Below, one piece after another: positions 38,366 to 46,422 of a DNA stretch of 62,357 nucleotides (position 1 is the stretch's first letter; the number at the start of each line of letters is the position of its first letter). The position numbers and the translations under genes were made by a program. Below the pieces are notes generated by a model, which saw only the letters and a program-made list of their open reading frames with translations, did no database searches and was not told the DNA's origin. The stretch covers positions 1 to 62,357 of the forward strand of contig DASWKK010000095.1 in NCBI GenBank assembly GCA_036396655.1, in the 5' to 3' direction. The stretch comes from Acidimicrobiia bacterium. GTDB taxonomy: Bacteria; Actinomycetota; Acidimicrobiia; Spongiisociales; ZC4RG35.

Positions 38366-39711
38366 CCTGCCGGGTACATCAGGGCAAGGACCTCATCAGG
38401 CACCAGGGAGGTGCCGGACACGGTTGGTGTCACCCTGTCCGGGTGGCAGTCGTCCGTCGTGACCTCACGCATCACATGGGGAATCACGATCTCCGAGGGG
38501 ACCGCGTAGCCGGCCAGATTCAACATCTGAGCCGTGACCGCGACCCTCGACTGGAAGTTGCCCCCAGCCGAGTACCAGATGTGGTAGTTCGGGTTGTTGC
38601 GCTCCGCCCAGTCGCAGAACAGTGTCTGCTCGTCGGTGCGGATGGCGATGGTCATCTCGTCGAACTCGACGCCGTCCAACGCCGTGTAGAGACCGTCGGC
38701 GTACTCGTAGCTGAACCCCTTGATGTCGGGATTGGTCGACAGCCATCCGCTGACGACGTCCCGGGCGACATCGTTGGCCCAGAAGGTGTCACCTGTGGTC
38801 GAGTTCGGATCCGCCGGCGGGTTGATCACCTCGATCCCTTCGGCCAGCGTTGGGATGTGGCACTGTTGCCAGCCCAGCGACAGGGCGTTTCCAGGCGTTC
38901 CGCCAAGGACCCCAATCGTGCCCTCGCCAACTCCGTCGTTGATGATCTGGGAGAAGCTCTCACCCAGAGCGCACAGGTCTTCCCCGACGATGGTCAGGTA
39001 GTCGGTGCCGGGAGTGAGTGCCCCATCCTGGCCGGGTAGACCGACCCAACCCGCAGAGTACGGGACGTAGGGGATACCCGCGGCCTCGGCGGCCTTGATG
39101 GCGTCACCGAGTGCCAATCCCCAGTCGGGATAGCCGATGATGAAGGTCACACCACGCTCCACCATGAAGTTGATGTCACCGATCGGCACCGCCGGGTCGG
39201 CTGACCATTGGGCGTCGCGCATCACGATGGTGCCGATCTCGGGATAGGTGAGTGCCTGGAGGATGGCCTCCATGCGGGTCACCTGGCGCCACACGTTGAG
39301 GCCGCCACCGTCTGCGTATCCCATTATCACGTCGCCACCGGTGCCGGTGTCGCACTCGACGGCGTTGGTGTAACACTCGATCGCCTTGTCGATGATGGCC
39401 TGGTCGAGGTCCTGGCTCGCCCGTGCGATTGATGCCAGGACGACGTCCGGCACCTCACCCACCGGGCCGAGAGCCTCCTCCACCAGCGCCGGGTCGGCTG
39501 CCGTCGACTCGCCGAACTCGGCGAGTGGGTCGTCGGAGCCACTAGTGGTCGTGGTCTCCCCAGCAGCCGTGGTGGTGGGCTCGGCGCCCGCCGTAGTCGT
39601 CGGCTCGTCCTCTGTTGCCGTGGTGGTTGGCGCGTCAGCCACGTCGCCCGTACAGGCGGCCATGACGAGTGCCAACACGGCAAGCAGGGCAATAACCCTG
39701 GGTTTCATCAT
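38362..39711 (-). CDS. ABC substrate-binding lipoprotein
   Basis: MAAC lipobox, (E)PTTTA repeats, periplasmic-binding-like domain, GGAGGAGG SD, operon position. Confidence 0.8.
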   Translation of the reverse strand: MMKPRVIALLAVLALVMAACTGDVADAPTTTATEDEPTTTAGAEPTTTAAGETTTTSGSDDPLAEFGESTAADPALVEEALGPVGEVPDVVLASIARASQDLDQAIIDKAIECYTNAVECDTGTGGDVIMGYADGGGLNVWRQVTRMEAILQALTYPEIGTIVMRDAQWSADPAVPIGDINFMVERGVTFIIGYPDWGLALGDAIKAAEAAGIPYVPYSAGWVGLPGQDGALTPGTDYLTIVGEDLCALGESFSQIINDGVGEGTIGVLGGTPGNALSLGWQQCHIPTLAEGIEVINPPADPNSTTGDTFWANDVARDVVSGWLSTNPDIKGFSYEYADGLYTALDGVEFDEMTIAIRTDEQTLFCDWAERNNPNYHIWYSAGGNFQSRVAVTAQMLNLAGYAVPSEIVIPHVMREVTTDDCHPDRVTPTVSGTSLVPDEVLALMYPAG

Positions 39712-39776
39712 CCTCCTCCATTCTCTTTTGGTTGGTCTGACTCCCGATTTCGAAGTTCGATCGTCTTCTCCTTCTC

Positions 39777-40835
39777 TCATGGCTCGCCGCCTTCGACGGC
39801 AAGATTCCCATCCCGGCGCCGCCCCGGCCGAGACCGGTCGCGCAGGACTCTTTCGACGGCCTTGATGATCCGGTCGCCCGAGACCAGCATCCCGCCCACG
39901 ATCACCAGTCCGAACACGACGAACTGCAGGGAGGTGGGCAGACCCATGACCCTCATCATCTGGTTGAGCCCGGCGAGGAAGAACGCCGCGGACCAGGTGG
40001 CGATCGGGCTGGCCAGGCCGCCGGTCAAGGAGGCGCCGCCGATGACCACTGCCGCGATCGGCCCGAGCAGGTAAGGGGCCCCGACCGTCACTCCGGGGGA
40101 ACGCAGGTAGGCGGCGAGGAGCACACCGGCGCTGGCGTAGAGGATGGCGGCCACTACGTAGGCCAGCATCTGGTACAGATTCACCCGCAACCCGAGCACC
40201 ATCGAGGCCGCCGGATTGGCCCCGATCACCTGAAACTTCCGTCCCAAGCCGGTGAATCTGAACACGATCATGAGGACGATGGCCAGGACCGCCCCGATCC
40301 AGAAGATCGGGGTCACACCCAGGAAGGTCCCGTTGGCCCAATCGGAAAGACCGGGCGGAACCGGTTTCTGGATGGCGACGGTGGTGTAGTAGCGATTGGC
40401 CACACCCGACCCGACCTGGCCCACCGCCAGCGTGACGATCAGCGCGTTCAGCTTGAGCCCTCCGATCAGGATCCCGTTGAGCAGCCCGATCACAACCGCC
40501 GCCCCCACCGCAGTCAGATAGGCGATCCAGATCCGGTCGTCCGACTGTTGGCCAACCCCGACCATGAGCAGCCCTCCGAGCAGGAAGGTCCCGGGCACAC
40601 TGAGGTCGATGCCACCGGTCATGATCACCAGCATCTGACCCAAGGCGGCGATGGCGAGAAAGGTCCCGAGAGGAGCGATCTGGTCGAGCCCGGCTTTGCT
40701 GAAGGTGGCCGGCGCCCAGATTGACGCAACAACGAGGAGCACGATCAGCGCCAGATAGACCGGCATATACCGAGACCCGACCACGAACGAGGTTACGAAT
40801 GCGGAAGGAGCCTTGGAGGCACGGGGCGTGGTCAT
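39777..40835 (-). CDS. RbsC-type ABC permease
   Basis: TGGIDLSV, GANPAAS, IAAVVIGGASLTGG. Confidence 0.93.
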   Translation of the reverse strand: MTTPRASKAPSAFVTSFVVGSRYMPVYLALIVLLVVASIWAPATFSKAGLDQIAPLGTFLAIAALGQMLVIMTGGIDLSVPGTFLLGGLLMVGVGQQSDDRIWIAYLTAVGAAVVIGLLNGILIGGLKLNALIVTLAVGQVGSGVANRYYTTVAIQKPVPPGLSDWANGTFLGVTPIFWIGAVLAIVLMIVFRFTGLGRKFQVIGANPAASMVLGLRVNLYQMLAYVVAAILYASAGVLLAAYLRSPGVTVGAPYLLGPIAAVVIGGASLTGGLASPIATWSAAFFLAGLNQMMRVMGLPTSLQFVVFGLVIVGGMLVSGDRIIKAVERVLRDRSRPGRRRDGNLAVEGGEP

Positions 40836-42178
40836 CCGACCGCCTCCAGGGCAGGTGGCTCCAGCCCGGCGCTGCGAGCCACGTGGTCACGAGCGGCGTA
40901 AGCAAGCTCGCTGACCCGGGCCATGTCGACACCGACCAGCTCGCCATCCCGCTTCAGCGGCGTCCCGGCGACGAACACCGAGTCGACGTTCGACGTGTCC
41001 ATCCCCCACACCACGGCTCCGATCGGGTCGTTGATGGGAAAAATGTTGGGGGTGTCCGAACGGAGGACGATCACATCTGCCTGTTTGCCCGGAGTGAGCG
41101 ACCCGGTGACGTCGCCGAGGCCGTTGGCCCTGGCGCCTTCGATGGTGGCGTATTCGATGATTCTCCGTGTCGTGAGCAGGTTGGGGACACCGCCCTTGCC
41201 GGCGAGTTTGAGATCGAAGAGGCTGGCATGCTGAATAGATATCACTGCTCGCATCTGGGTGAACATGTCGGTGGGGACGTTGCTCTCGGCATCGACGCTG
41301 AGGCTGGGGCTGATCTGCCGATCGATCAGTTGCTGGATCGGAGGCATCCCGTAGCCCATCATCATCCCCGCCGCCGCTGACAGGGAGAACGAGCCTCCAC
41401 TGTCTGCGATCATCTCGATCTCCTCGTCGCTGAGGGTGGCACAGTTGACATAGGTGGTGTCAGGGCCGAGCAGCCCGGCTTGCGCCATCTCGGCCAGCTT
41501 TCCCCGCTGCTTCTGGTCCCCCACCCCGACGTGCACCGAGATGCGGGCGCCCAATTCACGGGCGAGGCCCCAATCCTCCCGGGTCGACTCTATGGAGGCG
41601 AACTCGGGGCCGGGTGGGGCCAGGGCGAGGGTGAGCAGCTGACCGCCGGTGACGAAATGGGTCCCGGCCAGCCGACGAATCGAATCTGCCCGGGAGGGGT
41701 CCGGCTCACCCCACCACGGGGCACCGTAGGCGAAGACGGCCCTGACGCCTGCTTCGTGATGGGCGGCGATGGCAGCATCGGTGTGCTCGGGTGTGACCTG
41801 GATGTGAGACCAGTCGAGAACCGTAGTGATCCCAGCGTCGAGGGCGCCGAGGAGCCCGACCAGGTTTCCCGCGTGCACGTCCTCGGGACGGTAGAAAGGC
41901 CCGATCTTGCGGGAGAGAGCGCCTGGATCGGTGCCCGCCGATGGAGCCCGATCTCCAAGATTGCGAAACAAGCCCTCCCACACGTGGCGGTGGGTGTCGA
42001 CGAACCCGGGCATCACGATCGTGTCGGAGGCGTCGATCACCTCGGCATTCCCCGCCCTCAGATCGAGACCGACGGCGCTGATGGTCGTCCCGTCGATCAG
42101 CACATCGGCGCGGTGGAAGTTGCCGATCTTCTTGTCGAGGCTGAGCACACAACCGTCTTTGAGCAGGATCCGGCTCAA
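40832..42178 (-). CDS. Amidohydrolase, paralogue of the fused domain
   Basis: PGFVDTHRH, SVHVG, YVNC, SVDAE, GSLTPGKQAD. TTG 42178 is the inferred start. Confidence 0.88.
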   Translation of the reverse strand: MSRILLKDGCVLSLDKKIGNFHRADVLIDGTTISAVGLDLRAGNAEVIDASDTIVMPGFVDTHRHVWEGLFRNLGDRAPSAGTDPGALSRKIGPFYRPEDVHAGNLVGLLGALDAGITTVLDWSHIQVTPEHTDAAIAAHHEAGVRAVFAYGAPWWGEPDPSRADSIRRLAGTHFVTGGQLLTLALAPPGPEFASIESTREDWGLARELGARISVHVGVGDQKQRGKLAEMAQAGLLGPDTTYVNCATLSDEEIEMIADSGGSFSLSAAAGMMMGYGMPPIQQLIDRQISPSLSVDAESNVPTDMFTQMRAVISIQHASLFDLKLAGKGGVPNLLTTRRIIEYATIEGARANGLGDVTGSLTPGKQADVIVLRSDTPNIFPINDPIGAVVWGMDTSNVDSVFVAGTPLKRDGELVGVDMARVSELAYAARDHVARSAGLEPPALEAVG

Positions 42179-42282
42179 CTCACCCGCCGTTTTCCCAGGT
42201 CCAGTTCCATAGCCAATGAACAGTGACACTACACACTGCGACGACATCTCTTCTTCAGATCGGGCTACATGTTCAGTGTTGC

Positions 42283-42915
42283 TTAGTTATTGCGATCCAC
42301 TTGCGCAGCATCAGTAGACAATGTCGCCCCACCGCCCACGTCGTCGCCGGAGGCTCGCATCGTCTCCAGGCCATACCAGACGAAGGCGACGATAAACATG
42401 ACGCGCTGGACGAGCCCTGGCGCGGAGATGTTGGCCATGACCAGCGGGATCACCAGCGCGGCCACCAGCGCAACGGCGTCGACGGCTCTCAGCCATCCCG
42501 GGGGGTCGGTCCTCCGGACAGCGACGAGAACGAGACCGACGGTGAAGAAGAGGCCCACCCCAAACGATGCCGTGGAGTGAAGCAAGTCTTCGAATTCGTC
42601 GAAGGTCGAGCCGTCCCAGGGCCCATGCGAGAAGACGGCCGCGGCGATCATCGAGACGCCGAAGCCGGCATGGGCCAGCCGGCCCGTCCCATCCCACCTC
42701 GAACCATGACCGACGGCGAGAGACAGGACGGCGAAGCCAAACAGGACGAACCCGAGCCGAGCCAACCATGCGCCGTCGACCCCCTGGGCCGCCGACTCGC
42801 TGACCGAGTGCCTCACCACCGAGTACGAGTCGGGCATGAGGAAGGGAGCCATTGCCAATGCCGTCATTGCCGCCAGGATGAGAGCGATGACACCCGCTGT
42901 CGACCGGCGACTCAA
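42283..42915 (-). CDS. DUF998-like membrane protein
   Basis: YSVVRHSVSE, EDLLH, GLVQR pattern, about 5 TM. TTG overlaps the rhomboid stop. Confidence 0.75.
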   Translation of the reverse strand: MSRRSTAGVIALILAAMTALAMAPFLMPDSYSVVRHSVSESAAQGVDGAWLARLGFVLFGFAVLSLAVGHGSRWDGTGRLAHAGFGVSMIAAAVFSHGPWDGSTFDEFEDLLHSTASFGVGLFFTVGLVLVAVRRTDPPGWLRAVDAVALVAALVIPLVMANISAPGLVQRVMFIVAFVWYGLETMRASGDDVGGGATLSTDAAQVDRNN

Positions 42916-43616
42916 CCGGGAACCCTCCGCATCAGCCGGGAACGGAACAGCAGGCTGACCACGGCTCCGAAGACAAAGCCGCCGGCGTGTGCCTCCCAGG
43001 CCACCCCGGTTCCACCGAGACCGAACTGGGCAATGAACCAGAAGGCGAGGAACAAGGCGGCAGGGACCGGGATCAGGAACCAGCCGACGAAGGAGAGCAC
43101 CCGATGGCCGGGGAAGAGCACCGCGTAGGCCCCCATGGCGACGGCTATCGCACCCGAGGCCCCGACCAGAGGAACCGTGGCCTCGGGGTTCATCACCACA
43201 TAGGCGCCAGTCGCGACGAGGCCACCGAGCAAGTACACCAGGAGGTACCCGAGGTGGCCGTAGGCCTCCTCCACGTTGTTGCCGAAGATCCAGAGAAACC
43301 ACATGTTGAACAGGACATGGCCGATGCTCCCGTGGAGGAACATAGAAGTGACCAGGGCCAGCAACACGTTCTTGTTGGGGAATACCGGGTCCTGGGAGCC
43401 GGAAAGACAGACCCCGGAGGCGATCTCTTCGATACTGAGGGGCGATCCTGTTGTGACCTCGCAGGAGATGGCAGCCCTTTCGTAGACCAGAGCCTGCTGC
43501 TCGTCGGGCGTCCCCCGCCCCTGTATCAAAAAGAACACGACCAGGTTGGCCACCACCAGGATCAAGGTGACGACCGGGGTAATCCGGGTTGGGTTGAGGT
43601 CACGCAACGGGAACAC
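42912..43616 (-). CDS. Rhomboid intramembrane serine protease
   Basis: FLHGSIGH, NMWFLWIFGNNVE, GASG (Ser), AHAGG (His). Confidence 0.95.
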   Translation of the reverse strand: MFPLRDLNPTRITPVVTLILVVANLVVFFLIQGRGTPDEQQALVYERAAISCEVTTGSPLSIEEIASGVCLSGSQDPVFPNKNVLLALVTSMFLHGSIGHVLFNMWFLWIFGNNVEEAYGHLGYLLVYLLGGLVATGAYVVMNPEATVPLVGASGAIAVAMGAYAVLFPGHRVLSFVGWFLIPVPAALFLAFWFIAQFGLGGTGVAWEAHAGGFVFGAVVSLLFRSRLMRRVPG

Positions 43617-43663
43617 GGTCTGGCGATCGTATCCGGTGCCGGGACAACCGGTAGGGTGTGGTG

Positions 43664-45322
43664 ATGGGTGACACGCACGTCGTCCTCAACCAGACGCCTC
43701 CCCTCGTCGATTACGACATGGCATCGGCCGACCCGGTTCTGACCAAAGGCCTGTCCAGAGAGGGTGCCGCTTGGTCCCTCGATTCCGTCGAGGAGTACGG
43801 GCGCCGCATGTCCTCGGCCGAGGTCTATGAATGGGGATTCCTCGCCAATCGCAACGGCCCGATACTCCACACCCACGATCGGTACGGGCATCGGGCCGAC
43901 CAAGTCGAGTTCCATCCTGCTTGGCATTCATTGCTCGGCGTGGCTGTCTCGCACGGGCTCCACTCCCTTCCCTGGGAGCATGAGCCGGGCGACGGCGGCT
44001 ATCCGGCCAGAGCCGCTCTGACCTTTCTCGCCTCCCAAGTCGAAGCCGGTCATTTCTGTCCCATCTCGATGTCCACCTCGGTGATCCCAACCTTGCGCCG
44101 TCAGCCTGAGGTGGCCGCCGAGTGGGAGGCGCTTCAGTTGAGCCGGGTCTATGACTCCTCCTTCCAGCCGAGCTCGAAGAAGACTGGTGTGCTGATGGGA
44201 ATGGGGATGACCGAGAAGCAAGGTGGCTCCGACGTGAGGGCGAACACCACCGTGGCCAACCCGATCAATGGAGGCGGACCGGGAGCGGAGCATCTTCTCA
44301 CCGGGCACAAGTGGTTCATGTCGGCGCCGATGAGCGACGCCTTCGTTGTGCTCGCAAACGCGCCCGGGGGCCTCTCCTGTTTCCTTCTCCCGAGATTCAC
44401 ACCGGACGGCGAGGTAAACCGCATTCACATCCTGCGGCTCAAGGAGAAGCTGGGCAACAGGTCCAATGCGTCGTCGGAAGTGGAGCTGGACCAGGCCTGG
44501 GGACGAATGGTCGGGGACGAGGGCCGGGGAGTTGCCACCATTATCGAGATGGTCGCCGGCACCCGGCTCGACTGCATCACCGGCTCGGCGGCGTTGATGC
44601 GCCAGGCGGTGAGCCAGGCGATCCACCACAGCGCCCACCGCCATGCGTTCGGCTCGTCCCTGATCGAAAAGCCCTTGATGCTCAACGTTCTGGCCGATCT
44701 GGAGATCGAGACGGAGGCGGCGGTGTTGCTGATGATGCGTGTCGCCGGCTCCTTCGATCGAGCACCATTGGAGGAGCATGAGGCCTTGATCAGGCGGGTC
44801 CTGACCCCGGTCGCCAAGTACTGGGTGAGCAAGCGTTGCAGCGAGGTGGTGCGAGAGGCGATCGAGTGTCTCGGGGGCAACGGCTATGTCGAGGACTCGA
44901 TCATGCCCCGTCTCTATCGGGAGTCGCCGGTGAACGCCATCTGGGAGGGGTCGGGCAATGTCATCGCCCTCGACCTGGTCAGGGCAATCGCCCGGGAGCC
45001 GGGTTCGGTCGACGCGCTGCAGAAGGAGCTGGAGGCAGCCAAAGGAACCGATCGCCGTCTAGACGCTGCGATCGACTCGGCGCTCGAGTCGGTGAGGAGC
45101 CCACTCGACGCCGAGTACGAGGCACGACGACTGGTCGAGGCCCTGGCACTGGCAACGAGCGGAGCACTTGTCGCCAGACACGCCAGCCCTGAGGTGTGGG
45201 AGGGGTTCGCCGCCAGTCGCCTCGTTGAGGATTGGGGCCACCTCTATGGGACTCTCCCCGTCGGGATCGACACCAAAACAATCATCGACCCGGCCATGCC
45301 CAGTGGTCTGTCGCTGAAATAG
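43664..45322 (+). CDS. aidB: AidB-like acyl-CoA dehydrogenase
   Basis: THVVLNQTPP, MTEKQGGSDVRAN, GHKWFMSAP, KLGNRSNAS, GGNGYVE, NAIWEGSGN. Confidence 0.9.
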   Translation: MGDTHVVLNQTPPLVDYDMASADPVLTKGLSREGAAWSLDSVEEYGRRMSSAEVYEWGFLANRNGPILHTHDRYGHRADQVEFHPAWHSLLGVAVSHGLHSLPWEHEPGDGGYPARAALTFLASQVEAGHFCPISMSTSVIPTLRRQPEVAAEWEALQLSRVYDSSFQPSSKKTGVLMGMGMTEKQGGSDVRANTTVANPINGGGPGAEHLLTGHKWFMSAPMSDAFVVLANAPGGLSCFLLPRFTPDGEVNRIHILRLKEKLGNRSNASSEVELDQAWGRMVGDEGRGVATIIEMVAGTRLDCITGSAALMRQAVSQAIHHSAHRHAFGSSLIEKPLMLNVLADLEIETEAAVLLMMRVAGSFDRAPLEEHEALIRRVLTPVAKYWVSKRCSEVVREAIECLGGNGYVEDSIMPRLYRESPVNAIWEGSGNVIALDLVRAIAREPGSVDALQKELEAAKGTDRRLDAAIDSALESVRSPLDAEYEARRLVEALALATSGALVARHASPEVWEGFAASRLVEDWGHLYGTLPVGIDTKTIIDPAMPSGLSLK

Positions 45323-45465
45323 GGCGAGGGTATCTCCGAGTCATCGGCGTGATCTGGCAAGGAGAAAAGCGCAGTCGCAGTCGGGGCCTGTGGCGACCAT
45401 TTTGGACGCAGCCAGGCGCGACGAGGGCCGGAGAGACACCGCCAGTATTTCTGCGACGGGCCACT
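45302..45465. mobile_element. 164-bp palindromic MITE/REP-like element
   Basis: Terminal inverted repeats 45302-45321 and 45446-45465 match 17/20, and imperfect symmetry continues inward. Confidence 0.6.
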
Positions 45466-45520
45466 AAGACCTGAGTCATCCTGGCCTGACCCTCCGCAAT
45501 CTGGGGGTGGTTAACTCTCC

Positions 45521-46123
45521 GTGATGGAAGCCATCGGGACTCTCGTCGGATCCGGTTGGGCCTCGGGGATCAATCTCTATCTGGTCACTCTGCTGCTCGG
45601 CCTATCGGGTCGTCTCGGTTGGGCTGACATCCCGGAGGTGCTCACCCGGCTCGATGTGATGATCGTGGCCGGGGTGCTGTTCGCGGTCGAGTTTGTGGTT
45701 GACAAGATCCCATATCTCGACAGTGTCTGGGATGCAATCCATACCGTGATCCGGCCCCTCGGAGCGGCAGCCATCGGTGCGGTGATCGCAGGGGATTCGG
45801 CCAGTATCGGCGCCGCCGTGGGCGCTGTGGTGGCCGGGGCGTTGGCTTTCGACGCCCACGCCGCCAAGGCATCGACCCGGGTGGTGGTCAACACCTCTCC
45901 CGAACCGGTGAGCAATGTCGCCCTCTCTTTTGCCGAGGACATCGGCGTGGCCGGTCTCGTCGTCCTCGCAGTCACCTACCCGGTGGTGACGATCGTTGTC
46001 GTGGCCATCCTGGTGGTTGCGGCGACTGCGCTCACCGTCTGGCTGTGGCGAGTCGCCCGCCGCTCATGGAAGAAGGTCGGTGCCTGGTTGGAGGCGAAGA
46101 CAGGCTCGTCGGCCTCGCCGTAA
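45521..46123 (+). CDS. DUF4126-like membrane protein
   Basis: GWASGINLY, DKIPYLDSVWD, NTSPEP..N...S..ED. Confidence 0.85.
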   Translation: MMEAIGTLVGSGWASGINLYLVTLLLGLSGRLGWADIPEVLTRLDVMIVAGVLFAVEFVVDKIPYLDSVWDAIHTVIRPLGAAAIGAVIAGDSASIGAAVGAVVAGALAFDAHAAKASTRVVVNTSPEPVSNVALSFAEDIGVAGLVVLAVTYPVVTIVVVAILVVAATALTVWLWRVARRSWKKVGAWLEAKTGSSASP

Positions 46124-46215
46124 TTGGGTTGGGTCGGTGCGGATATGACCCGGGCAGGCCCGGGGTGGCCTCGCTTCTATGTCGGTCCAGGAGCTCCCCC
46201 CTCCCCGGCTACGCC

Positions 46216-46409
46216 GGTACTCCCCCCAAGACCCCCCTCCCGGCTTCGGGGTACTCCCCCCAACGCTCACTTCGTTCGCTGGGGGGAGAAACGGCTCACT
46301 TCGTTCACTGGGGGGAGAAACAGCTCACTTCGTTCACTGGGGGGAGAAACGGCTCACTTCGTTCGCTGGGGGGAGAAACGGCTCACTTCGTTCACTGGGG
46401 GGAGAAACA
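46216..46409 (+). repeat. Composite repeat copy L: 49-nt C-rich head + five tandem 29-nt units
   Basis: Head 46216-46264. Units GCTCACTTCGTTC(G/A)CTGGGGGGAGAAAC(G/A) start at 46265, 46294, 46323, 46352, 46381, with no spacers. Confidence 0.92.
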
Positions 46410-46422
46410 AGGGTCTTTACGG

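Noticed and set aside
39712-40947. 861-aa ORF suggesting a fusion upstream of the binding protein
   Set aside because: The upstream part is an off-frame overlay of the permease; the lipoprotein signal starts at 39711 after GGAGGAGG.
34320-42178. Annotating the amidohydrolases as MTA/SAH deaminases
   Set aside because: The HxxE catalytic Glu is missing in both, so substrate and reaction are left open.
46265-46409. 29-nt repeats as a CRISPR array
   Set aside because: Units are head-to-tail with no spacers, and there are no cas genes in the window.
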